Source of the DNA: an uncultured Acidobacteriota bacterium
Lineage (GTDB): Bacteria > Acidobacteriota > UBA6911
Assembly (NCBI GenBank): GCA_963843575.1
Contig: CAWJKZ010000024.1
Location: 320,001-384,000, forward strand
Length of the DNA stretch: 64,000 bases
Direction of reading: 5' to 3'
Of the stretch, positions 41,111 through 51,478 are shown one piece after another. Positions within the stretch are counted from its first letter, which is position 1; each line of letters opens with the position of its first letter. The position numbers and the translations under genes are program-made. The notes under the pieces are model-generated. The model worked only from the letters and a program-made list of their open reading frames with translations, searched no databases and was not told where the DNA came from.

Positions 41111-41348
41111 GGTTCGCGCAAGAACAAGTTCACATTTAGGCGCGAGCGCCGGGCGGGCAGATGCAAGGCGCCGCGACGCAGGCGATGTGGGGACATCGTC
41201 GAGGAGCGGCAACGCCGCAGATGCCCGCCCGCCGCCGCGCCCCGGAGGGCTGACGGCTCCGTCAATAGCCATCTCCTGTCGTGGATTGCTCTAGGATCTG
41301 TTGACGCGGGAGCCGCCAGCAAAATGTGAAATTATTCTTGCGCGAGCC
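41111..41348. mobile_element. MITE-like element, 238 bp, 27-bp terminal inverted repeats
   Basis: GGTTCGCGCAAGAACAAGTTCACATTT versus reverse complement of the right end GGCTCGCGCAAGAATAATTTCACATTT (24/27). Internal hairpins. Confidence 0.75.
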
Positions 41349-41351
41349 TAA

Positions 41352-41553
41352 GTACTAGTGTTCAGAAATACGCCGTAAATCGTTTCCAGGACGCAGATTT
41401 GCGCGGATACACGCGGATTTCTACCTGGTGGCAGGCCGCGCCCGGCCGATCCGCGTGAATCCGCAAAATCCGCGAAGATCCGCGTTCTGCTGTTGTCAAT
41501 CGGTGACCAGCTTCATCCCAACAATGCGTTAGCGTACTTGCGAAATGGGGTAC
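41352..41553. mobile_element. GTAC-ended MITE-like element (202 bp) with TAA target duplication and internal CGCGGAT repeats
   Basis: TAA|GTAC...GTAC|TAA with imperfect TIR GTAC-N5-TTC-N2-AA-N-TACG. Homologous, inverted, to 53698-53950. Confidence 0.7.
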
Positions 41554-42308
41554 TAAGCCGTGGGTCGCGGCGGCCCGTCGCGGCCCAGTTCCACGCGCCG
41601 GACCTCGAACGCCTCGGCGTATGGGGCGCGCCCTTGCGCTGCGGCGGCCACTTCACGGTTCAGCCTGAGGATGCGTTCGTCGAAACCATAGCCGCGGGTG
41701 TTGAGGTTCCGCTGCTGCTGCGAGCGGTGGCAGCGCAGCAGCCCGGCCTTCCAGCGCGCCTCCTCCTCGCCGAAGAACATCAGCAGGTCCGGGCGCATCG
41801 AGAGGGTCTTGGGGTCGCGGTTGAGCAGCGCGGTGAAGGGGAATGCAGACTCGCGGCCGAAACGCTCGAGCATGGCGAAGGTCCGCCGGTGTCCGGCGTT
41901 CGTGTCGTTGCCGTGGGGGAGGAAAACGAGGTCCGGCCGCGCCTGATCCAGCACGGCGCGGATGCGGGCGTAATTGGCGTCGTCCTCGCGCGGCTGGCCG
42001 TGTTCGTCCTCGGCCAGCCGCAGGAAGGTCAGGCAGCGGTCCGGCAAGCCGAAGAGGCGGCAGCTCTCGCGCTGCTCCGCTTCGCGGACGGCCGCCTTGG
42101 CCGTCGCGGTCGGGGTGGGACAGAAGCTGTCCTCGACACCGGACGCAGAGGAACTGGCCACGGCCAGGCGGATGCCGGCGTCGCGCTCGCGATAAAACCG
42201 CAGCGTCACGGCGATGGCGTCGAAGTCGTCCGGGTGGGGCGCGAGCACCAGGATGCGCAGGCCGCGCGGCCAGGCCAGTTCGTTCAGGACCCCGAACGCG
42301 CCGTTCAT
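41553..42308 (-). CDS. PIG-L/LmbE-family deacetylase
   Basis: LAPHPDDFD, REAEQ, D..H-type motif (DTNAGH), HRSQ. Confidence 0.8.
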   Translation of the reverse strand: MNGAFGVLNELAWPRGLRILVLAPHPDDFDAIAVTLRFYRERDAGIRLAVASSSASGVEDSFCPTPTATAKAAVREAEQRESCRLFGLPDRCLTFLRLAEDEHGQPREDDANYARIRAVLDQARPDLVFLPHGNDTNAGHRRTFAMLERFGRESAFPFTALLNRDPKTLSMRPDLLMFFGEEEARWKAGLLRCHRSQQQRNLNTRGYGFDERILRLNREVAAAAQGRAPYAEAFEVRRVELGRDGPPRPTA

Positions 42309-43374
42309 ACGATGACCGAGTCGGGTGCGATCGGAAGCTCGACCCGGCGGTTTTCGCGCGCCGACTGGTACATGGCGAGGACGCATTCGAGCGCGGGCCG
42401 CGCCGACCGCAGCGGGATCATCGGCTCGCCACCGGACGCGACGGCATGGGCCAGGTCCTCGATAACGACCTGGTGGTCCTGGAAACCGAGGTCGGCGGCC
42501 CCGGTCGCGCCCGTGGCGGCCGCCTCGCTGCCGTAGGTCCGGATCTCGGCGTCTCCGGGGTGTTCCTCGCGGAAGCGCCACATCTGGAGTCGCTCGCCGA
42601 CCAGGATGGCGGTGCCGTCCTCCCCGTTGATTTCGATCCGCACGTCGGTGCCGGGCCAGAGCGCGGTCGACGCCTGCACCACTCCCTGGGCGCCGCACTC
42701 GAAATCGAGGAAGGCCAGCACGGTGTCTTCCAGGTCGACGGACGGGTGCGCGAGGTTGGACATGCGCGCCTGCACCGTGCGCACCGGGCCCCGCGAGGTG
42801 GGTCAGCAGGTCGATGTAGTGGAACGCCTGCTGCACCGTCACGCCCGCCCCGGCGCTGCGCGAGCTGCGCCACGCGTCCATGCGGTAGTAGTCTGGCGGC
42901 CGGTACCACTTCATGTACGCGTCCGCGTGCCGGATTTTGCCGAACCGTCCCCGTGCGACGGCTTCCCGGATGGCACGGACGGCGCGCCGCGCACGGCACT
43001 GGAGCACCACCCCGACCTTGACCCCGGCGACTCCCGGCTGCCGCGTCCATCTCGTCCAGCTCGCGCAGCGACACGGCGGGCGGCTTTTCCACGAGCACGT
43101 GCTTCCCGCGCGCGATCGATTGCAGGAGCGCTTCGCGGTGCAGGTGGTTGGGGGTGAGGATGCCGACGGCGCCGACCGCCGGGTCGTCGAGCATCGCTTC
43201 CAGCGTGGCGTGACCCCGGCAGCCAAAATCCGCGCAAAAGCGCGCCAGCCGCGCCGCGTCCAGGTCGCACGCCGCCTCCAGCCGCGCCTTCCGGGATGCC
43301 TGGAGCGCGCGGGCGTGAAACGGCGCGATCAGGCCGGTGCCGAGCAGACCAAAACCCAGGGGGACCGGGCTCAT
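42305..43374 (-). CDS. Gfo/Idh/MocA oxidoreductase (two frameshifts, near 43040 and 42795)
   Basis: GLLGTGLIA, GKHVLVEKP; KWYR..YY..WR, QAFHYIDL; EDT..A and C-terminus are spread over three frames. Confidence 0.75.
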
Positions 43375-43383
43375 GGTTTCACC

Positions 43384-44420
43384 TCACTCCGGGATCAACA
43401 GCACCTTCAGGGCACGCTGGGCCTCGATCTCGTCGAAGGCCCGCCGCCAGCCGGACAGCGGCAGGCGATGCGTGATGATTTCGCCCGCCGGTATCTTCCC
43501 GGAGGCGATCAGGTGAATGGTGCGGTCCCAGCTCGTGTAGCTCGTTGAAAGGTTGAAAATGATGTCGCAGACCTTGAACATCGCCTTGTCCCACGGAAAC
43601 GGGACGGTGGGCCGGGACGAGAGCCCGATGACACCGATGCGCCCCTTCTTGCGGATCAGGTCCACCGTCGAGGCGATGGCCGCGGGGGCGCCGCTGCACT
43701 CGACGACGACGTCGGCGCCCAGCCCGCCCGTCATCTCCTGGACGACCCGCAGACGGGTCTTCCGTCGTGATGTTGAGGGCGCGAAACCCGAGGCTGCGGG
43801 CCTTCTTCAGCCGGATGGCCTCGTCCGCCTCCGTCCCCACGACGACGACGTCGCGGGCGCCGGCGGCGCGTGCCGTCATGGCCGCCAGCAGCCCGATCGG
43901 CCCGGGGCCGAGCACCGACCACGAAATCGCCCGCCTCCACCCTCGTCCGCTCCACCACGTCGTGGACCGTGTTGGCCGTGGGTTCCACCAGGGCCGCGAG
44001 CTCGTAGCTCATCGCGTCGGGGATCCGGTGCAGCAGCCGCTCGGGCATCCGGATGTATGCCGCGAACGCGCCGTCGATGCCCCAGCCGGGGGAGCGCTTC
44101 GCCGCGCAGATCTGGATGTTGCCGGTCCGGCAGAGGTAGCACTGTCCGCACGCCTGCGTGTGCGGTTCGCCCACGACCCGGTCTCCGACCGCGTAGAGCG
44201 ACACTCCCGGGCCGAGCTCGACGATTTCGCCGGAGAACTCGTGTCCGAGGACCACCGGCGGCCAGTAGGGGAATTCGTCGTGCAGGACGTGGACGTCCGT
44301 GCCGCAGACGCCGCACGCCTTCACCTTGATCAGGACTTCGCCGGCGCCCGGCGCCGGCACGGGGTGCTCGCGCAGTTCGAGAAAGCCGTCCCCTTTCTGC
44401 GTCTTGACCAGCGCCTGCAT
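43384..44420 (-). CDS. Zinc-dependent alcohol/polyol dehydrogenase (two frameshifts, near 43918 and 43745)
   Basis: CGVCGTD, GHEFSG, CGQCYLC..C, GPGPIG, VVECSG. Confidence 0.8.
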
Positions 44421-44538
44421 ATGAACCTCCTGAGATGTCGAGTGGGCCGCGCCGCAGTGGGCCGCGCCGGCCCGGCTCGGTCCCCTCGTGGATGCACCGT
44501 TTGGAGCGGGGTCGGGGCCGCCCCTGCCCACTGTGCCC

Positions 44539-45790
44539 CTATCCACTCCATCGCGCGGCCATGTAGGCCAGGATCGCGGCGGCGGCGCACACGTCCTCGA
44601 CCCGGATCTGCTCGTCGTTGGAATGAGCGTGGCCCAGGCTGCCCGGCGCCGAAGACGACGGTGGGGATGCCGAGCTGGTTGTTGTAGAACCACGAGTCGC
44701 ACGATGCGGTCATGGCCGAGACTTCGCCGGCCATCCCCGCCGCCGCGCAACACTCCTGCAGCGTGGCCACCAGCGGGTGGCCGGGGTCGAGCACGTGGGA
44801 GTCGTGCCGGTACATGAACTCCAGGCTGAAGTGTTCGCGCAGCCAGGGATCGCCGCCGCTCCAGGATGGCCAGCCGCATCTCCTCCATGACCTGGCCGCG
44901 GGTCTTGTTGGGGAGCAGGCCCAGCACGCCTTCGACGACCGCGCGGGCCGGCGCCGTCGCCGGCCAGTCGCCGGCCAGCAGCTTGCCGAACGTGATGGGC
45001 ATGGGATTCGCGAACTTGTCGAACAGCGCAATCCCCCTGGACGAGGCCAGCAGCCGCGCGTGGTACTGCTCGAGGATGTCGATGACCCGGAGCGCCATTT
45101 TCAGCGCGCTGACCGTGTCCCCGGCGCGCCCGCTGTGGCCCGGCTTCCCCTCGCAGATCACCCGGAACCAGACCGCCCCGCGGACCGACGGGAGGATCCG
45201 GAGCTCCGTCGGCTCCATGACGATGCAGCCGTCGGCCTGCTCTCCGCGCCGCGCGCAGCGCCAGGGTGCCGTTGCCGCCGACCTCCTCCTCGACGACCAG
45301 GTGCGCCAGCAGGTCCCCTCGCAGCCGGAGTCCCAGTCGGTGCAGGGCCGCCCAGGCGGTGAACAGGGCCGCCACCTGCCCCTTGGCGTCGCAGGCGCCG
45401 CGGCCGCGGACGGTCCCCCCGGCGACGACCGGTTCAAACGGCCGCTCCTGCCCCTGCGACGGCGGGAACGACGTCGAGGTGGGTGTTGAACAGCAGCGCC
45501 CGCCCGCCGCCGCTGCCCGGCACCCGAGCCCGGATCACGCTCCGGCCGTCGTACTCGATGCCCGGGATCGGGTCCGCGTAGTCCGGGTCGCTGCGCAGGG
45601 CGTTGGAGAGCGGGACCATCTCCACCTCGGCGATCCCGGCAAAACGGCGCGCCGCGTATTCGACGGCCTCCGCCTCCCGCCCCGGCAGCGAGGGGATCCG
45701 GATGAGGTCGCAGAGCAACTCTACCGCCCGGGGCTCGAGCGACCTTCACCGTCGTGCGGATCTCATCGAACGAAGGAATATCATTTTGGC
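44539..45790 (-). CDS. ArgE/DapE (M20) deacylase, several frameshifts (start uncertain)
   Basis: DLIRIPSLPGRE, LFNTHLDVVP, VEEEVGG, MEPT, GKPGHSG in alternating frames. Confidence 0.7.
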
Positions 45791-45918
45791 AAACCCGTAA
45801 TCCGCAAAACCAGCGGGTCCTGCAGCCCGGACGTCTTCTGATCCGATCCATGTGGCGACGGGCCACGTGATAGCGACCGCAGCAGTCGGGCTGAACCAGG
45901 ACCCGCTTGGTTCTTAAG

Positions 45919-47252
45919 TTACAGCATGGACAGCGAGCGTTCGAAGATGTCGAGGCTTTCGTGCGCCTCGGCCTCGGTGATCACGAGCGGCGGCGCCACC
46001 CGGATCACGTTTCCGAACATCCCTACGGAGCCGATGAGCAGCCCGTTCTGCGCCGCGAGGTCGATCAGCCTGCGGGTCAGCTCCGGCGCGGGTTCCCGCG
46101 TGCTCTTGTCCTTGACGAGTTCGACGCCCATGACCAGGCCCAGGCCCCGGACGTCGCCGACGTAGGGGCAGCGCTCCGGCCATCTCCAGCAGCCGCGCCT
46201 TCATCAGCCCGCCAATGCGGGCTGCGTTGGCGGCCAGGTTTTCGCGCCTCATGATGTCGACGACGGCGACGACGGCGGCGCACGCGACCGGGTTGCCGCC
46301 CATGGTGCTGCTCATCTCCCCGGGGCCGAGCACGCCGATGACGTCCCCGCGGGCCGCCACGGCTGCCGCGGGGACGCCGCTGCCGATGCCCTTGCCGATG
46401 CAGACGAGGTCGGGCGTCAGGCCCTCCCACTCCATGGCGAAGAACTTTCCCGGTGCGCCCGAAGGACGACTGCACCTCGTCGAGTGCGAACAGCAGCCCG
46501 TGGCTCGCGCGCCCACTCCTCCAGCCGCCGCAGCCAGCCCTGCGGGGCGAAGATGAAGCCCGGCGGCGCCCTGGTACGCCTCGACCAGGATGCCGGCCAG
46601 GCTGCCGGTGCTGTTGGCCCGGACCGCGTCGTCCAGATAGTCGAGGCAGAGCATGTCGCAGGTTTCCGGCTTCGCCTTGAACGGGCAGCGGTAGCAGTAG
46701 GGGAACGGGACGCGGATGGCGCCCGGCAGCATCGGGCCGTAGCCCTTTTTGGGCCCGGCCAGCCCGCCGGCGGTCGCCGCCGCGTAGGTGCGTCCGTGGA
46801 AGCCCCCGTAGAAGCTGACGATCTCGAACTTGCCCGTCTTGCGCTTCATGATGCGGATGGCCGCTTCGGTCGTCTCGCTTCCCGTGCTCAGGAAGAAGCA
46901 CCTGTCGAGGTGCGGGCGGGAGCACGGAGACGAGTTTCTCGGCGGCCTCGACGCGAGGTTCGTTCAGGCACTCGTAGTTGTTCAGGAGCCGGGCGGCGGC
47001 GGCCTGCACGGCGCGCACGAGGTCGGGGTGGCAGTGCCCGACGTTGGTCACCAGCACGCCGGACGTCCAGTCGATGAAGGCGTTGCCGTCGACGTCGCGC
47101 ACGACCACGCCGCGCGCTTCGTCCCAGACCACCCTCGCCTGGTAGCCCGCGCACTGGGCTTCGACCTTCGCCCAGCGCTCGAAGAGTTCCCGCGAGCGCG
47201 GGCCGGGGAGCGGAGTGTTGACGTGCGCCACGCGCGCTTCTGCACCGTTCAT
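45919..47252 (-). CDS. Class III PLP aminotransferase (GabT-like), several frameshifts
   Basis: DVDGNAFIDWTSGVLVTNVGHCHP, FHGRT, DEVQSSFGRTG, PDLVCIGKGIGSG, NVIRVAPPL. Confidence 0.8.
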
Positions 47253-47273
47253 GTTCAGCTCCTTTCCGCAGCC

Positions 47274-48251
47274 TCAGTGTGCTGGCTGCGCGACGTAGCG
47301 CGGCGGCAGCCCGGCAGCCAGCCGGTCGATTTCGAGGATGATCAGCTCACGGATGCGCCGGCTGGCGTCCTCCGAGTACCAGGCCGCGTGCGGCGTGAGG
47401 ATGGCGTTGGGCAGCCCGAGCAGCGGGTAGTCCTCCGGCGGCGGCTCCTTGTCGAACACGTCGATGGCGGCGCCGGCGATGACGCCCTCTCGTAGAGCCT
47501 GCGCGAGGGCGCCCGAGTCGACGACCGGCCCGCGCGCCGTGTTGACCAGGTAGGCCTCGGGTCTCATCAGCCGGAGGGTGCGGTCGTTGATCATGTGCCG
47601 CGTCTCGGCCGTCAGCGGCGTGTGGATCGTGACGTAATCCGAACCCGCGGAGCACCGCTTCGAGCGACTCGACCTCCGTCCCCAGCGCCCGTTTCCGCTC
47701 CTCCGGCAGGTAGGGGTCGCACACGAGGAAGTTCACGCCGAAGGACTGGAGCTTCTCGTAGACGCGGCTCCCGATGCGGCCGCAGCCGAGGATTCCGACC
47801 GTCTGTCCGGCGATACGCCGAATCGGGATCAGCGGGCCAGAAATCCCAGCGGCCGCGCCGCACCGAGTCGTCGAGCACCCGGCGGCTGGCGACGACCTTG
47901 CGCCCGCAGGCCAGGATCAGCGCGATGGCCTGTTCGGCGACGTCCTCGGTGCAGTAGTCCGGGATGTAGCACAGCGGGATGCCGGCACGGGCCAGTGCCT
48001 CGACGTCGACGTTGTCGTAGCCGACCCCGTGCCGGATCACGAGCCGGCACCTGCGCCAGCCGGCCACGAGATCTGCCGTGACCGGGACCATGTTGACGAC
48101 CACGACGTCCGCGTCGCGCGTCGCCTCCGCGACCGCGCCGGCAGGCGCGGTCGTCAGCTGGTGGCATCCCAATTCGATCCCGCGTCCGCGAGAGCTGCCC
48201 CCGTTCCCAGTCCAGGTCGGGTTCGATGTAGTCGGTGACCACGACTTTCAT
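47274..48251 (-). CDS. D-isomer-specific 2-hydroxyacid dehydrogenase (CtBP-like), frameshifted
   Basis: MKVVVTD, RHGVGYDNVD, PDYCTEDVAE, VNTARG, LTPHAAWYS. Confidence 0.8.
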
Positions 48252-49354
48252 ACGTTTTCGCTCCCGCCCGGCCGCGCGGCGCGGCCTGTCTCCGCCGATT
48301 CGTAGATGGCCTCGACGACTTCCAGGGCGCACAACCCGTCTTCGGCGGCGATCGGCGGCGCCGTGCGCCCTGCCACCGCGTCGAGCACGTCCGACAGGTA
48401 GCGGCGACCCATGACCCCCGCGTAGCCCGGTTGCGGTTCCAGCTCGAAATCGATGTGCCGGCGCGGGGCGGCGGCGAACTCGCCCGAGTCGCTGCACACG
48501 AACAGCCGTTCGCGCGTGCCCTCGTAAGAGGGGCTCCAGGACAGGACGCCCGCGGTCCCGCGCAACCCCAGGTACAGATCGCGCCCGTGCGGGTACGATT
48601 CCGGCACGGTGTAGCTGATGTCGAGCACCACGACCGTCCCGCGCGAGAATGTGAGAAGCGCGAACGAGTTATCCTCGACGTCGAACTCCCCGTTGACGTG
48701 CACGTTCTTGCCGAGCACCTCAACCACCTCGTCGTCCAGCATCCAACGATAGAAGTCGATCCAGTGCACGCCGAGGTTGTACATGGGGCCACCGCCGCTC
48801 TCCTTGCGGTTGAGCATCCACCGGGCGTTGCCCTCGACGTACCGGTTCAACCGCCCCGCCGCGCAGCGCCCCTCGCAGCCGACGATGCGACCCAAGGCCC
48901 CCTCGTCGACGAACCGCTTCATCTGCCGGGCGACGGGGTGGTAGCGCCAGACGTACGGCGTCGTGAGGATGGTGCCGGCAGCGCGCGCCGCCCGGATCAT
49001 GCGGGCGACGCCCCCGGAAGAGGCGGCCATCGGTTTTTCGACCACCGCGTGAATGCCCCTCTCGGCGCAGGCGACCGCGGCGTCCGGGCACTGGGCATGC
49101 GGCAGAAACACCAGGGCGAGGTCGACCTGCTCGGAGTCGAGCAGGCTTTCCCAGTCTTCGTAGACAGCGGCGTGAAAGTCGCGCGCGAAAGAGTCGCGCA
49201 GCGGCGCGTGAGGGTCCGACGCCGCGACGACCCGGGCCGCCGGCAGGGAGGCCAGAGTCTCCATGTAGCTGCGCGGGTGCAGGTGCGACAGGCCGAGCAG
49301 GCCAACGTTGATCGGCTGCTCGGGCGGTTCCGCCTTGTTGGATTGAGCTTTCAT
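48248..49354 (-). CDS. Gfo/Idh/MocA oxidoreductase
   Basis: VEKPMA, SGGGPMYNLGVHWID, VED. TAATG coupling to the upstream gene. Confidence 0.85.
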   Translation of the reverse strand: MKAQSNKAEPPEQPINVGLLGLSHLHPRSYMETLASLPAARVVAASDPHAPLRDSFARDFHAAVYEDWESLLDSEQVDLALVFLPHAQCPDAAVACAERGIHAVVEKPMAASSGGVARMIRAARAAGTILTTPYVWRYHPVARQMKRFVDEGALGRIVGCEGRCAAGRLNRYVEGNARWMLNRKESGGGPMYNLGVHWIDFYRWMLDDEVVEVLGKNVHVNGEFDVEDNSFALLTFSRGTVVVLDISYTVPESYPHGRDLYLGLRGTAGVLSWSPSYEGTRERLFVCSDSGEFAAAPRRHIDFELEPQPGYAGVMGRRYLSDVLDAVAGRTAPPIAAEDGLCALEVVEAIYESAETGRAARPGGSENV

Positions 49355-50416
49355 TAGAATCGTCCGTCCCGGGCTTCGAAATGCGTCGGCTTGTTCAGTG
49401 TCGGCCCGCCGGACCTGATCCAGTGGGCCGTCCACTCGATCAGGGTGCGCACGGGGACCGAGGGGAACCCGTACAGCCTGTGACACCATGAGGCGTTGTT
49501 GAGCAGGGCGGTGTCGGCCTCCGTCCCCTCGAGTTGGGGAGCAGTCCCGAAAATCTCGCCGAAGCGCGCCGCCACCTCGCGCACCGAGAGTATCTCCGGT
49601 CCCGTCACGTTGAGCACCGCCGGGGGTGACTGGCACAGGCCGAACGAGCGCAGGCAGACCGAGTTCGCGTCCCCCTGCCATATGACGTTCACGCTCCCCG
49701 TCCCGAGCGGAACGGGGATCCGCCCGTAGACGCGGGTGCCGATGTCGAGCAGCACGCCGTAACGCAGTTCGACGGCGTAGTTGAGGCGCAGCAGGGTCAT
49801 CGGGGTGAAGTTGCGGTCCGAGAAATACTGCAGGATCCGCTCGCGCGCCAGCACCGATTGCGCGTACTCGCCGACCGGTCCGGGAGACGAAGCCTCGGTG
49901 CATCCCCCCGACGACGTCGGGACCAGCGGATAGATGTTGCCGCTCGAGAAGGCGACGATCCTCGAGCCGCGGTAGCGTTCCGCCACCAGCGCCGGGAGCA
50001 GCGCGTTCATCGCCCAGGTCAGGGATTCGGCGCCCGTGGAGCCGAACTTGCGGCCGGCCATGAAGACCACGTTGGGAGCGTCCGGCAGTTGCGCGACCTG
50101 ATTCCGCTCCAGGAGATCGGCTGCGATCACCTCGACCCCCGCTTCGGACAGGGAGCGCCGGCCGGCCGGGTCGGAAAAACGGGACACGGCGAAGATGCGC
50201 GGCTGCACTCCGGCCTGGTCGGCCGCCCGGCGCAGACGGCGCGCGAGGCTGGGTCCCATCTTCCCCCCCGCGCCCAGGATGACGACGTCTCCCGCCAGGG
50301 CTGCGGGCCGCCGCCGTATCCTCCGCCGACGGACGCGAGAGGAACTCCTCGAGTTCGGCGACGTCGGCGATGCGCTCCGGCAGCGCTTGCAGATTTGATC
50401 CGGGAATCGGGTTCAT
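49354..50416 (-). CDS. NAD-dependent epimerase/dehydratase (frameshift near 50300)
   Basis: ELEEFLSRPS, GxGGKMGPSL, MAGRKFG, FSSGNIYP, RLNYAVELRYGVL, FEARDGRF. Confidence 0.8.
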
Positions 50417-50642
50417 GGCACCTCGCAGGCAGTCGGTTGAAGCTATCGCAACGGCGCCTGCCCGCGCAACCTCAAAAGAGGCCTGAAACTCGTGCGCATC
50501 TTCGAGCTCCATGGCCAAGTTTCGATCATGGGAGCGCCAATAAACAAAAACCTGCCACGGAGGGATACGGAAGGACTTGGCCTGCGGGCGCACTTCCAGA
50601 TTGCGTGCGTTCGGGCGGAGTAATGGCTTATCATCCACATGT

Positions 50643-51410
50643 ATGGCCATACTTGACCTGTTTCGACTGGACGGGAGGGTCGCGCTCGTCACGGGCGCCG
50701 GACGGGGCATCGGACGGGCCATCGCGGAGGCCCTGGCGGGGGCGGGTGCGGACCTCGTCCTGACGGGACGGGGCGGCCGGCTCGTCGAGGCGGCGTCGGA
50801 CATCGGCCGGGAGAGCGGGCGCCGGACGGCAGTCGTGCGCGCCGATCTGGCGCAGGCGGGGGCAGCGCGCCGGGCCTTCGCCGAGGCGGAGCGGGCGTTC
50901 GGGCGCGTGGACATCCTCGTGAACAACGCCGGCACGATCCGCCGCGCAGAGCTCGCCGAATACGCGGAGGCGGACTGGGACCTCATCCTCGAGGTTAATC
51001 TCAAGGCGGCCTTCTTGCTCAGCCAGGCCGCAGCCCGGGGAATGGTCGGGCGCGGCCACGGCAAGATCATCAACGTCGCCTCGCTGCTCTCGTTCCAGGG
51101 GGGGATTCGCGTCCCCGCTTACGCGGCCAGCAAGGGGGGGCTGGCGCAGCTGACCAAGGCGCTCGCCAACGAGCTCGCCCCCCGCGGCGTGAACGTCAAC
51201 GCCATCGCCCCGGGGTACGTTGCGACCGACAACACCACGGACCTGCGCAGCGACGAAGCCCGCAGCCGGCAGATCCTCGACCGGATCCCCGCGGGAAGAT
51301 GGGGCGAAGCGTCCGACCTGGGCGGCGCCGCGGTGTTCCTGGCGTCGGAGGCGAGCCGCTACGTCCATGGACACGTCCTGCTGGTCGACGGCGGCTGGAT
51401 GGCGCGATAA
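50643..51410 (+). CDS. kduD: 2-dehydro-3-deoxy-D-gluconate 5-dehydrogenase KduD-like SDR
   Basis: NNAGTIRR, ASLLSFQGGIRVPAYAASKGG, RIPAGRWG, VDGGWMAR. Confidence 0.88.
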   Translation: MAILDLFRLDGRVALVTGAGRGIGRAIAEALAGAGADLVLTGRGGRLVEAASDIGRESGRRTAVVRADLAQAGAARRAFAEAERAFGRVDILVNNAGTIRRAELAEYAEADWDLILEVNLKAAFLLSQAAARGMVGRGHGKIINVASLLSFQGGIRVPAYAASKGGLAQLTKALANELAPRGVNVNAIAPGYVATDNTTDLRSDEARSRQILDRIPAGRWGEASDLGGAAVFLASEASRYVHGHVLLVDGGWMAR

Positions 51411-51478
51411 TCTTCGAGATTCTTCGAGCCCTTCGAGGTAAGGTTCAGGACGTCTGACGACTTGCCCGGAGGCACACG

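Noticed and set aside
41324-41340. TGTGAA half-sites as Rex or CRP operators
   Set aside because: There is no matching TTCACA half at operator spacing. They are better explained as part of the 27-bp terminal inverted repeats.
44441-44470. 15-bp tandem duplication AGTGGGCCGCGCCG(C/G)
   Set aside because: Two copies of a GC-rich word with no recurrence elsewhere; no evidence of function.
48248-51073. 941-aa ORF as a fusion protein (likewise 43731-45866 and 41553-43226)
   Set aside because: These are chimeras of antisense or off-frame text and real genes, created by high GC and frameshifts. The real genes have their own coupled starts.
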